From positions 1 to 56,622 of IMG/VR virus record IMGVR_UViG_3300043399_000099: a stretch of DNA of 56,622 nucleotides. The stretch is one strand, 5' to 3'. Position 1 is the stretch's first letter. Each line of letters opens with the position of its first letter. Positions 42,728 to 52,289 of this stretch are shown here, piece after piece. The position numbers were made by a program, and so were the translations under genes. This DNA comes from a virus (lineage: Duplodnaviria; Caudoviricetes). The notes under the pieces are model-generated. The model had not been told where the DNA came from and made no database searches. It saw nothing but the letters and a program-made list of their open reading frames with translations.

Positions 42728-44701
42728 TTACTGCCTGTCGTTATTAAGATACTCGATGGTGATAGCGTCCAAAGAGAAAGGAGGTGTTATGCTGGAGAAA
42801 TTATACTGAAGACTTATAGTGAACCCAGAGCCAACCATCTGGGATGTAAACGAGTAGGTCAGTCTACCTCCGTATGTTGCAGTCCCGTAGGTAGCTGCGC
42901 CGTAGAAGAAGGAACTGTCCGCAGTGTTTTCCAACACGATCTGTGGGGGTTGGATCACACCAATCTGACTGAAGTTTAAGTTTGGGTTAACTGTACCAGA
43001 GATAGAACCTTCTGGGTTAACGTAGGTGGTAAGTTTATACAGAGTTTTCCTAACTCTAGGATCACTCAAAGGTAAGTGTGGAGTAAAGTACTGTGCAGGA
43101 ATAGCACTTCCATCAAAGCTGTTTCCAGATTCTAGGTTGTACACATAACCATCTTTATTAGCAAAGATAATCTTCTCCGAGGAGTCTACAGAGGAATAGA
43201 TACCATCTGCAACATAAGCAAGGATACCATTGATTTCCGCCCAAGCCATACCTTGTGCCGTTTGGTCAGCAAACTGTGTAGCGATAACACCCACAGAAGT
43301 AGCTGCTGTTCTATTCGTAGCATACCCAAAAAGTCTATACTGGTTTTTACCACGAATAACACAAGAAGTAAAGCTGGTATTTGAACTTACAAGGTTATCT
43401 ACTTCAGATTGGATTGGACGAGATGCAACTGCAAAACCAAAGTCACCAATTCTATCTGTTGCGCTAAGAAGTCTAACACCATCTGGCCCAAGGAAAGCAA
43501 TGTCACCACCAACTTCTTGAATGGTATCTGTTCTAACGCAACCAATGTCAGCAGAGATAGGCTGTAGTTGGAAGTCTGAGATAGTATTACCAACAAGTCT
43601 GTGTATCTGGTTTGTGCTAAAGATGATTAGCTGTTCACGAAAAACAATCAGACCTGTAACTGTGTGGGTCAGGTTAATAGTGCCAGCACCATTTGCAGGA
43701 GTAAAATCAGTATCTGTATAAGGCGCAGTGAAAGTTAGGTTTGTACCCTTAGCAAAGAACAAGTGGTTCTTAAACTGTACTACGTGAGTAGCACCAATAA
43801 CATCTGAAGGTGCGCTAGTGATTGTTGAGTAGGTAGAGTTAAAATATCTGAAAGGTCTATTAGCACCATCGACACCAACAAGAGTGGGAGTACCTGTGAA
43901 GTTATAGCGTTCAAACCTCATCTTCGTGCTGTTAGGACGGCCAGAGTTAATGAAGGTGATAGCTGCATTATCAGTTGGCGAAGATGCAAGTGCAGGGGAG
44001 ATTGTCAGAGTTGCACTGCCAGAAGTCACAGTAACACTGTTAGTGATAAGGTAAACTTTCTGTACACCTGAGATAGTAAAGGTATCACCTTGTTGTGGGA
44101 TATCTGTCAACCCATCAACGACGAGACTTGTACCTGTTTGGCTTCCACCATTGACAAGCACAGTGCCGTAGGAAGGAGTATTGATCTTTGTCCAACCTGT
44201 ACCTTCGGACGACCAAAGATTACTACCACGAGCAGCAATAGCTTTCTGCCCAAAGTATACAAGACCCTCGATCAGGCTTATGTTATTACCAAAAGTAACC
44301 GCTGCCTTATCTGCAGGAGAGGAACTCAGGGCGAGGTTAAGTGTAAGATCAGCAGTTCGGGCTGTGCTATTAAAAGTTACAGCAGATACACTATACGTAC
44401 CAGTTACCCCTGCGATAGTTATGGTATCACCCACAAGAGGTGTCTCTAGTATGTTTGCAATAGTGAGGGCTGTACCTGTCTGACCACTGCCTTGTACGAG
44501 GGGTTGACCATAAGGGGGGACATAAGCAGTATCAAACTTTGTATAGCCTAGGATACGCTTATAGCCACCCTCGATAGAAGGTTCAAAGTTGACTAAACGT
44601 CTAGCCGATCCCGGAGCAGTAATACCTTGTTGAAGTGGGGAGATGTTTGTGACAAGACCCCCTTTAACTTCAATAGGATAAGTTTCCCATGCTGTTGGCA
44701 T
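42728..44701 (-). CDS. Tail tubular protein B / nozzle
   Basis: GGL.T, NFEP...GGY.RI.G, IGC...TIQE.GGD..FL..DG.R motifs. Confidence 0.8.
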   Translation of the reverse strand: MPTAWETYPIEVKGGLVTNISPLQQGITAPGSARRLVNFEPSIEGGYKRILGYTKFDTAYVPPYGQPLVQGSGQTGTALTIANILETPLVGDTITIAGVTGTYSVSAVTFNSTARTADLTLNLALSSSPADKAAVTFGNNISLIEGLVYFGQKAIAARGSNLWSSEGTGWTKINTPSYGTVLVNGGSQTGTSLVVDGLTDIPQQGDTFTISGVQKVYLITNSVTVTSGSATLTISPALASSPTDNAAITFINSGRPNSTKMRFERYNFTGTPTLVGVDGANRPFRYFNSTYSTITSAPSDVIGATHVVQFKNHLFFAKGTNLTFTAPYTDTDFTPANGAGTINLTHTVTGLIVFREQLIIFSTNQIHRLVGNTISDFQLQPISADIGCVRTDTIQEVGGDIAFLGPDGVRLLSATDRIGDFGFAVASRPIQSEVDNLVSSNTSFTSCVIRGKNQYRLFGYATNRTAATSVGVIATQFADQTAQGMAWAEINGILAYVADGIYSSVDSSEKIIFANKDGYVYNLESGNSFDGSAIPAQYFTPHLPLSDPRVRKTLYKLTTYVNPEGSISGTVNPNLNFSQIGVIQPPQIVLENTADSSFFYGAATYGTATYGGRLTYSFTSQMVGSGFTISLQYNFSSITPPFSLDAITIEYLNNDRQ

Positions 44702-44702
44702 A

Positions 44703-45425
44703 CTACCCTACCCGCATGTTTACTGAAGTACCTTTCAAGATACGGGTATCTCTGATATATTCATAGCGATTGATATAGAGAGTCCGCATATCCTTGATAC
44801 CATCATTGAATTTCTGTAGGTGCAAGGTTGCATCTTGAGTATTACCACGGAAAGTGTATGCGTAATACATAGCCCCATCTACAATGACAGGGCGAAACTG
44901 TTCTGGATACACAGGCACATCTGTGGCATTATCTAGATCAATGGTATTCTTGTAGTATTCATATACCAACGTGTACGCATTGTTAGGCACAGGGTGTACA
45001 CCATAGCCTTGATTAGGAGTTCTAAAGACTCTCTTAGGCAAGCTACGAATGGAGGTGTTGGTAGTGTTATACTCATCATCCAGATAATTATCAAGGTAAT
45101 CCTCATAAGAGATCACTTGAAGTTTCTGGGTGGTATTGTTAAAGGTATCATTACGTTTGATACGGAAGGACTCAAAGTCTACTGTCTTTGCATCTGTAGG
45201 ATAAGCATAACGAACTGTACCAGCAGTCAGAGCCTGTTCCTTCACAGCATGGTTGAAGGGCCACTCAAACTGGTTCTGTCCAAGATACTGGAGAGCAGAG
45301 TTGATGGAGTCTTTGGCAGAAGAATAGAAACCGACAGCAGAAGCAAAGTTGCTGGATGTCAACTCTACTTCATTGAGCCTACGATTCACATCATTCACAA
45401 GGCCAAGAAAATTATAGGCTGACAC
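44703..45425 (-). CDS. Tail tubular protein A / adaptor
   Basis: FL.LVN.V..RLNEV, WPF, P.P...Y motifs; GTG start with SD AAGGA. Confidence 0.8.
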   Translation of the reverse strand: MSAYNFLGLVNDVNRRLNEVELTSSNFASAVGFYSSAKDSINSALQYLGQNQFEWPFNHAVKEQALTAGTVRYAYPTDAKTVDFESFRIKRNDTFNNTTQKLQVISYEDYLDNYLDDEYNTTNTSIRSLPKRVFRTPNQGYGVHPVPNNAYTLVYEYYKNTIDLDNATDVPVYPEQFRPVIVDGAMYYAYTFRGNTQDATLHLQKFNDGIKDMRTLYINRYEYIRDTRILKGTSVNMRVG

Positions 45426-45452
45426 GTTGTCTATCCTTAACAGGTAAAAGTT

Positions 45453-45480
45453 AAAAGAGTACCCCCGTGAAGAGGTACTC
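45453..45480 (-). terminator. Intrinsic terminator after the capsid operon
   Basis: GAGTACCTC-TTCACG-GGGGTACTC-TTTT. Confidence 0.75.
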
Positions 45481-45498
45481 CTTATTAGCTTAGGCTAG

Positions 45499-45906
45499 TT
45501 AAGCCAGCAGATCACGATCAACTTCTGCAGCAGCCAGAACGCAGTCGTTCACGTCGATGGCCACAACGAACACACGAGCAGGGATAGCACCGGGGCTACC
45601 CGTAATGGTGGTCACAACGTCAACAGTGTCAGCAGTAGCAATAAAGCCAGCAGTCGTACCAACACGGATCGTATTAGCAGCAGCAGCGTCCAACGAAACA
45701 TCGTTAGCAAAGACAGTCGTACCATCCGTAACGTCAGCGGTGTAAACCGAGACATCAGGAACAGCCGACAGAACTTCAACGCCAGCAGCCAGTACCAGAG
45801 TACCAGCAGGAACCGACACACCTACGTTAGTGCCAGCAGTACCCGACAGGGTAATATACTTCTCAATAACCACAGCACGGTTACGGAGGGATTGCGAGAT
45901 AGCCAT
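45499..45906 (-). CDS. Probable capsid decoration / minor capsid protein
   Basis: 135 aa, beta-rich, highly biased codons, directly after the MCP gene. Confidence 0.7.
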   Translation of the reverse strand: MAISQSLRNRAVVIEKYITLSGTAGTNVGVSVPAGTLVLAAGVEVLSAVPDVSVYTADVTDGTTVFANDVSLDAAAANTIRVGTTAGFIATADTVDVVTTITGSPGAIPARVFVVAIDVNDCVLAAAEVDRDLLA

Positions 45907-45940
45907 GTTAAATCCTTTCCTAGATTGATGGCAGAGTTAA

Positions 45941-45964
45941 GAGGTACCCCCGAAGGAGTACCCC
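45941..45964 (-). terminator. UUCG hairpin / weak terminator after the MCP gene
   Basis: GGGTACTCC-TTCG-GGGGTACCT, related to the 45457 hairpin. Confidence 0.55.
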
Positions 45965-45978
45965 ATAGTAACTTAGCA

Positions 45979-47052
45979 TTAAGCTAGGTTGTACTTTGCA
46001 GTTGCCAGAGCTTCTGGGCGCAGAATCTTACGACCATACAAGTGCATACCACGGATGATGTCTGCAAACGAGTCAGGATCACGGTAGGTTTCGGTCTTGT
46101 TGATCTGCTCAGCGGTAGCTACAGCCGAGTCATGACCAGCAACGATCACACCGTAGTTTGCGTTCTGGTTTGAAACGCCAGTCGTAGCAGCACCCGTACC
46201 AACCGAAGGCAGGTTGTTCGAGACGTACACACGGAAGCCGTTCCAGTTCGTCAGAACCAGACCATTACGCAGAGCGCCCGAATCACCATAGTCAGCATTC
46301 AGGAAGCGCGAGTCTTCGTCCATCAGTACTTCCATCAGAACGGGGTCGATCACGATCCAACGGCCAGCCTTATCGACATTCTGTTGATCCAACAGACGGC
46401 CCATACGGTTAATCAGCATGACAGGCGATACGTACTCGGTAGGAAGAGCAGTAGCACCGGGCAGACGAGCAGCCACAGGGATCGAGTGGTCACCCTTCGA
46501 AGCAGTCGTGATGTTGCCGAAGCTATCCTTACGGAGCTTCATCGAGGTCAGCAGTTCGTCGGAACCAGCAGTCGTGATAGCCTTCGTGCCATTCACAACG
46601 TCATTGACAGCGTTTGCGTTCGAACCCGAAGCAGTCTGCTTGTAGCCCGACAGGTAGCCCAGAACTTCTTGGTCATGCTGGTCAGCCAAGCGGTAAGCCG
46701 CACGGTTGGTAGCCAAGTCCATGAAGTTGACATGCGAGTGAGCTTCTTCGATGTCGTCGATCTTGAATGCAAAGTAGTTAGCTTTGTCGATCACCAACGA
46801 GAAGTCAGCATCTTGCAGGTCTTGTGCTTGCACCTGAGTGCCACGAGCATAGGACGATACCGAGATTTCAGGCTCTTTGATAATACGAACAGTATCACCC
46901 TGAGCAGCGATCTCACCGAAGTAGTCCGAATTAGTAATATCGCCAACGATGGTTGCTTTACGGAAAGCAAGTTGGACTTTTTTGGAATAGATAACCGAAG
47001 AGAAGTTACCATTTGGCAAGTTGCCATAACCAGCAGCAGATTGGAAAGCCAT
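45979..47052 (-). CDS. Major capsid protein
   Basis: IYSKKV...ITN.DY.GEI...GDTV.I, E.YRDPDSF.D..RG...YG.K.LRPE motifs. Confidence 0.92.
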   Translation of the reverse strand: MAFQSAAGYGNLPNGNFSSVIYSKKVQLAFRKATIVGDITNSDYFGEIAAQGDTVRIIKEPEISVSSYARGTQVQAQDLQDADFSLVIDKANYFAFKIDDIEEAHSHVNFMDLATNRAAYRLADQHDQEVLGYLSGYKQTASGSNANAVNDVVNGTKAITTAGSDELLTSMKLRKDSFGNITTASKGDHSIPVAARLPGATALPTEYVSPVMLINRMGRLLDQQNVDKAGRWIVIDPVLMEVLMDEDSRFLNADYGDSGALRNGLVLTNWNGFRVYVSNNLPSVGTGAATTGVSNQNANYGVIVAGHDSAVATAEQINKTETYRDPDSFADIIRGMHLYGRKILRPEALATAKYNLA

Positions 47053-47258
47053 GAGAAATACTCCTATGATATTTGGCTTTGATAAGAAGCTAAACAGAGC
47101 GATAAGAGGCTGAATCTTTCCGAGGGTGCATCTTCTCTTTAGGTTGATCGACCTTTGAGAGACGGGCCTGTACTTGTCAGGTGAGTCTTATTTAGTTTAG
47201 ACTTGAAGTAGGCAAGTAGCATTGGGTAGTCTTGATCAGAGTCCTACGCTACTTGCCC
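47053..47258 (-). ncRNA. Structured 5' leader RNA of the capsid mRNA
   Basis: GGCAAGTAGC/GCTACTTGCC stem plus a multistem domain closed by CTAAAC/GTTTAG and ATAAGA/TCTTAT. Confidence 0.55.
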
Positions 47259-47289
47259 TAGTTATACTAAGTTTGTCTTAGATGTCAAG
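47259..47289 (-). promoter_or_regulatory. Capsid promoter CTTGAC-N17-TATAAC
   Basis: Matches 3956-3986. Confidence 0.7.
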
Positions 47290-47291
47290 AG

Positions 47292-48155
47292 TTATCTTGC
47301 ACCACCACTCATATCGTAAACAAAAGTACCCTTTTGCATTGCAGCTTGAATACGCTTTTCCATTTTAGCAAAAGTATCCATACTCATCTTAGCAACATCA
47401 GACTCACTGATAGTCTCATTACCACCATCCAAGTCCACACTCGCTTTACTCTTTGTAACAACAGACGATGCAGCTTCTTTGGCACTAGCTTTTTTAGCTG
47501 CGGGGTTCAAACCTTTGTCAACTTTGTACAGGTCGATAACACGAATGACAGCACGAGCATCTTCTTCATTCTCATAAAGAACATCTTGTACCCACTTTGG
47601 TTGTTCATCTGCCCAATCATGGAAAGCATCTGACTTACGTAGATCATCAAAATCAGGGTGGCTTTCACGAATAGTATTGAGAGCTTTATTGCGAACAGTC
47701 TCAGCACTCAGTTGTTCGTACTCAGTAAACTGCCGTTCATACTTCGAGAGTTGTTCAGCAGCTTTCTTGTTAGCGATAGTCTCCACGATAGAAGCTACGT
47801 CAGGATACTTACGCGCCCACTCTGCGATATCTTCATCAGACTTGGGAGGAAGAATAGGGCTATTGTCTGGCTGGGCTTTAAGCAGTTCGAACTTCTTCTC
47901 CCACTCTTTTTCCTTTTCAGACATATGACGACGAAGATCACCATAACGCTTTTTAAACGAGCGTTCCTCTGGGTCTGTAGGTTCTACTTCTGCAGCAGGT
48001 TTCTCTGCTTCAGTTTTAGCTTCTACAGGTTGATCCTCTTCAGGTTCCTTACCCTTCATTAGATCATTTAGTTCCTTCTCCGAGTCTGCAATACGTTGCC
48101 GATTACGGCGCGAAGAAGAAGAGTTTGGGTCTACGTAGACTTGAGTGATAGCCAT
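47292..48155 (-). CDS. Scaffolding protein
   Basis: FKKRYGDLRRH motif; charged helical protein upstream of MCP. Confidence 0.8.
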   Translation of the reverse strand: MAITQVYVDPNSSSSRRNRQRIADSEKELNDLMKGKEPEEDQPVEAKTEAEKPAAEVEPTDPEERSFKKRYGDLRRHMSEKEKEWEKKFELLKAQPDNSPILPPKSDEDIAEWARKYPDVASIVETIANKKAAEQLSKYERQFTEYEQLSAETVRNKALNTIRESHPDFDDLRKSDAFHDWADEQPKWVQDVLYENEEDARAVIRVIDLYKVDKGLNPAAKKASAKEAASSVVTKSKASVDLDGGNETISESDVAKMSMDTFAKMEKRIQAAMQKGTFVYDMSGGAR

Positions 48156-48172
48156 GTGTTATCCTTTATAGT

Positions 48173-48196
48173 GGGGTCAGCCGAAGCTGAGTTGCC
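48173..48196 (-). promoter_or_regulatory. UUCG hairpin with C-rich internal loop in the scaffold leader
   Basis: GG-CAAC-TCAGC-TTCG-GCTGA-CC-CC just upstream of SD AAGGA. Confidence 0.55.
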
Positions 48197-51100
48197 TTAT
48201 TGTTTTCCGCCAAGACCTTTTGACTTGGGGTTAGTCTTCTTTGGTTTAACTACAAGACCGCCTTCAGCGAATCTTTCAGAGCCGGGTCTTCCTGTGACAG
48301 GCTTAGGGGTAGGTCTAGGGCCATCTACTCCACCACCAAGGCTAGGTTTAGGGGTAGGCTTAGGGGTAGGTCTAGGGCCATCTACTCCACCACCAAGGCT
48401 AGGTCTAGCAGGGGTCACTATTCTATCCTTGTTTGAACTTCCCCCAACAGAAGAAACTCCACCACCCCCACGGGTGCCTGTACCTTCTCTACGTTCATCT
48501 GCAGATTGCCCACCAAAACTCTTTGCAGCAGGTGCAGCAGCAGGAGTTGTCGTCACAGGAGAAGCGGCAGGTGCAGCAGCAGGAGTTTGTTTTGCTTTCT
48601 CTTCAATGGCCCTCATGTAGGCATTACCAGTACCCGCAACTTTAGAAAGTACCAAGCCTTGCTCTAGTGGAGAGATTTGTGCAACGTAAGCTTTAACCTT
48701 TTCAGTCAGTATCTTATAGTTTTCACTACCAGTAAGACCTTTAGATTCCATAATTTTCAAAGCAGCATTTGCATTTGCAATATTTTGAATGTCTTTATCT
48801 TTTCCTGTAAGGATGCCGATAAGTCCACCAGCCAAACCTTTTGAATCAGCTTCTTCTTGAGGCTGAAGAGCATTCATCCCAAACTCAAAAGGGTTACTGG
48901 TGATAGCATTGTAGTTTTGGTCTGCCCAAGAAGAGTATGCAGCAGAAGGGGTTGTATCTCTCTTATTGTCATCTCTCGATTTTCTTGAAGATTTTGGTTT
49001 TGTCGCACCTTTATTAGCGTCATAGGTATCTTGCAAGAATTGTGTCCAAGGAACAAAACCCGCAGGGATACTTCCCATTGCTGTACCAGACATGAAACTG
49101 ATGTTTGTTTTTTCACCTGTAGTAGGGTTAAAGTAAAGACGCTCTTCAACAGGACTACCTACACCAGTACTACCATAGTTAGGAATTGTAAATTCTGTGC
49201 GGTCAAACGCAACACCGCCCTCAGCCATACCAGATGGTAGAGACATAGCTTGTGCCAGCATCTGTTCTTCTTCAGGGGTAAGCTCCTCGTCTTGCCCTTC
49301 CACAGGTACACCGCTATCATCTACAGGAACACCACCAATGCGTCCCTCAGACTCCATCTCCATCATGCCTTGCTTAGCCTGAGCGCGTAGGTCTTCGAAG
49401 AACCTTACACCATAATAACGCAGCACATCTGCAGGCACAACATATTCTCCGCCAGACAGCTTTGCATCTACATTATCACGAACTTCAGAAGCCAAAGCTC
49501 CGGGAGGGATGTTGTTGCCAGTTACAGGTTCTCTTGACATACCATCATCGGCCATGCCACCCTCTTGCATTAGTCTGTTCATCTGTTCGTCCTCTACCAT
49601 GCCACCTTCGGCGTATCTGGGTTTAGTAAAATCAAATCTAGTTTTAGCTTCACTGATATCAATAGCTGTTCCGGGGGTATCTACTGGAAAAGTTTCACCG
49701 TAGGTATTTATAGCATCCCTATACGCGTGTTCTTTAAAAATCTTGTACCAGTCGTCCTTATCCTTATTAGCATAGTTTATCTCCCTTCGATAGACACTTA
49801 TAAAGTCCTCATACTGATCCTTTGTAAGACCTGACTGGCTTAAGAATTTTTCAAAGGTGATCTTATCCTTATAATAGTTACCAAGGAGTTGAGCAGTCTG
49901 CATATCTTTTAAAAAAGACTGTGCTATGTTCTCAGGAAGTCCTGTGTATTCTTTAGACTTCTTTTTATTAGAAGCCATTGGTGTAGTATTTCGCGTTTCT
50001 TTAGAGACTACTGCCCCAGTCTGTTTTGCTAAGTCTGCAGTAGCTTTTTCAAGTCCGATTACATATGTATTGTAAAAATTTGATCCGGGATTGACAGCCT
50101 CAAAAAAAGCAAGAGAACCCGGTGCATATCTTTCTGCAGCAAGTTGTTCAATAGAAGGTATAAACACCTTGTCTACGTTAGAGTCTTGAGCATACCCAAG
50201 TACACCATCAAGAAGGTTTTCCACGGAGTCTTTAACATCTCCTATAGGAAGTTTTGTAGTGCCTTTGTTTTGTTTTTTATTGACCTCATCTGAAACACCT
50301 TCCAACTCGTAGATGATGTTGTTAATCCTATGGATGTCCACTCCTTCAGAACGTAGCAGGTTTTTAAAATCTTGCCTTACTTCATAGTCTACATATGGAG
50401 TTTTAGCGTAGGTTTCAAATATATTAGTAATGGCATTTTTTGATACTTCTGAGAGATCATCGGTTGGCCCGTCTTCAAGGTCTTTAGTAAGAATCCTTGA
50501 GAGTGCTTCTTTTTTTACTGCATCTGCGTCTTTTGCAGGCGTAGCTCTACTTGCACCTTTTTGCAGGTAGTCACTCTGAAATTCGTAAACAACTACTTCT
50601 TTGCCCCCAGTTTTTATATTCTCTTCTGTACCTATTCTTGTGTGTGCGACTACATCGTCTGGAAAGTGATATTGTCCAAACTTCTTTTTACTTTCTTCAG
50701 AGAGTGTAAAAGTAGGTAGGTCAGAGTTTTTCCTGTTTACGCGCAACAGAAGTTCTTTATACTCACGTTTAGTTGGGTCATACTCTTCATAATCTCGTAC
50801 TTGAACACCCTCGTGTTTTGGTAGAGCTAAAACCTCAATCTTAGTCTCCCAAGTATTTGGTTCAATGGTAGTGAGTAATTCTTCCTTTGAGTAAGATTTA
50901 TTTTTGTCTATCCCAAGATCAACAGTGTTATACTGAGCAGCCTTTGTAGAGGGAGACTTGTCCAAAAATTTAATAAACTCAGAACCTTTTAGGCCATTTT
51001 TTGGAAAGGTGATTTCATCAACAACATCTACCACTGGATTTCTGTAGGTGATATTAAAGGTCTTTTCAAACCTTTTCCTATCGAACTTTCCGCCATAAAT

Positions 51101-52102
51101 TTTGTTTTTATTTAAGAACTGTTGATAATCCTCAACAGGTTTAGCTATCTCAAAAAGATCAAGGTAGTGTCTGAGTGCTGTGTTCTCATTTTCATACCCC
51201 CTAGACTTAAGGCCCTCAGTATCAAAAGTTACACCATAGTCCTTTTTTATTTCCTCAAGAACCTCTGGACTAGAGTAACTTTTATCTGCCATCTCTCTGA
51301 TAGTTGAAACAGGTATATCCCCAAGATTTGAAAAAGGTATAATACTGTCTCTTGCAAAAGAAGATTCCATGTCTGCAAACACTGAGCTTGATGGGGATTT
51401 TTCAAAATTCTCATACTTAATGAGTTGCTCTTCTGGTACAGTGTAACCCCTAACAGGTTTCTCAAACTTACCCTCAAAGAATCTACTAGTTTGTTTCTTT
51501 GTAGGAACTTCTCCTAAAGCTTCCCTAGTTTGATTTGCGCCTAAAGGTAGTGGCAAACTACCAGACTCATCTGCTATGAACTTCCTTGCAGTCTGGGCCG
51601 CTTCTGGAAAAGCATCAACAGCGCCCTTAGCCACTAGCCCAACGCCTTTAACAGCAGGGATAACTCCCGCTACGGTCATCACATCACTAGCAACAACTTC
51701 TCTTGCTTTAGTCACCTGATCAGGAGTAGCCTCTTCATAGCTTACTCCGTACATACGGTTTAGTTTTTCATCTAGGTCTTCTGTAGCAACTCTTTTGATA
51801 CTGCCAGCAGTGTCTTCAACGATTCCCTTGACACCTTCATAAGGATTTCTAACAAAATCTACAATGCCCTGTGCAAGACCAGTAGCCATATTCCCTAGTG
51901 TGCCATAGGTGTCTTCTCTAAGGGCTTTCTTTAGAGTTTCACCAGTGGACTCATACTCGTTATCAAGACCGTAGATGTTATCAAAGAAAAGGTCTGAGTA
52001 AGACAAACCTTTTTGTTCTGGTGTCTCTGCCCTAGCCTTTAGGTACGCGTCCCTACGATTTGACGGAGAGAAGGCACTCTGTGTTTGCTCATTTTGATCC
52101 AT
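48197..52102 (-). CDS. 1301-aa mosaic head-region protein: ExQSD-motif domain plus AEGG/GEYVV virion module
   Basis: Between portal and scaffold; HF..AHTR..EFQSD; YAEGG..D.V.A.LS.GEYVV; Pro/Gly-rich tail. Confidence 0.75.
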   Translation of the reverse strand: MDQNEQTQSAFSPSNRRDAYLKARAETPEQKGLSYSDLFFDNIYGLDNEYESTGETLKKALREDTYGTLGNMATGLAQGIVDFVRNPYEGVKGIVEDTAGSIKRVATEDLDEKLNRMYGVSYEEATPDQVTKAREVVASDVMTVAGVIPAVKGVGLVAKGAVDAFPEAAQTARKFIADESGSLPLPLGANQTREALGEVPTKKQTSRFFEGKFEKPVRGYTVPEEQLIKYENFEKSPSSSVFADMESSFARDSIIPFSNLGDIPVSTIREMADKSYSSPEVLEEIKKDYGVTFDTEGLKSRGYENENTALRHYLDLFEIAKPVEDYQQFLNKNKIYGGKFDRKRFEKTFNITYRNPVVDVVDEITFPKNGLKGSEFIKFLDKSPSTKAAQYNTVDLGIDKNKSYSKEELLTTIEPNTWETKIEVLALPKHEGVQVRDYEEYDPTKREYKELLLRVNRKNSDLPTFTLSEESKKKFGQYHFPDDVVAHTRIGTEENIKTGGKEVVVYEFQSDYLQKGASRATPAKDADAVKKEALSRILTKDLEDGPTDDLSEVSKNAITNIFETYAKTPYVDYEVRQDFKNLLRSEGVDIHRINNIIYELEGVSDEVNKKQNKGTTKLPIGDVKDSVENLLDGVLGYAQDSNVDKVFIPSIEQLAAERYAPGSLAFFEAVNPGSNFYNTYVIGLEKATADLAKQTGAVVSKETRNTTPMASNKKKSKEYTGLPENIAQSFLKDMQTAQLLGNYYKDKITFEKFLSQSGLTKDQYEDFISVYRREINYANKDKDDWYKIFKEHAYRDAINTYGETFPVDTPGTAIDISEAKTRFDFTKPRYAEGGMVEDEQMNRLMQEGGMADDGMSREPVTGNNIPPGALASEVRDNVDAKLSGGEYVVPADVLRYYGVRFFEDLRAQAKQGMMEMESEGRIGGVPVDDSGVPVEGQDEELTPEEEQMLAQAMSLPSGMAEGGVAFDRTEFTIPNYGSTGVGSPVEERLYFNPTTGEKTNISFMSGTAMGSIPAGFVPWTQFLQDTYDANKGATKPKSSRKSRDDNKRDTTPSAAYSSWADQNYNAITSNPFEFGMNALQPQEEADSKGLAGGLIGILTGKDKDIQNIANANAALKIMESKGLTGSENYKILTEKVKAYVAQISPLEQGLVLSKVAGTGNAYMRAIEEKAKQTPAAAPAASPVTTTPAAAPAAKSFGGQSADERREGTGTRGGGGVSSVGGSSNKDRIVTPARPSLGGGVDGPRPTPKPTPKPSLGGGVDGPRPTPKPVTGRPGSERFAEGGLVVKPKKTNPKSKGLGGKQ
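48300..48404. repeat. 48-bp direct repeat, two copies (48300-48347, 48357-48404), encoding PSLGGGVDGPRPTPKP
   Basis: Directly visible. Confidence 0.9.
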
Positions 52103-52289
52103 CTACATTCACCTTGTCACGAAGTTTTTGTAGTTTGCGTAGGGCAAGTAGTTCTCCCTGAGCGCGATATACCTCAATAGGGTCTTTCACCTGTTCCAGA
52201 GTTTTATAACACAGTTGGATCATAGTGTCAAGTTCTTTGAGGAACTCTGGCCACAGCTTAGGGTCATTCACAAGAAGCTTTAGACTCAT
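52089..52289 (-). CDS. Small conserved protein after the portal
   Basis: YRAQG...LR.L..LR motif. Confidence 0.75.
   Translation of the reverse strand: MSLKLLVNDPKLWPEFLKELDTMIQLCYKTLEQVKDPIEVYRAQGELLALRKLQKLRDKVNVDGSK

Noticed and set aside
46384-47082. 232-aa antisense ORF, and similar long opposite-strand ORFs (6711-7340, 32968-33450, 34979-35557)
   Set aside because: Shadow frames of strongly codon-biased real genes, with no SD or recognisable motifs
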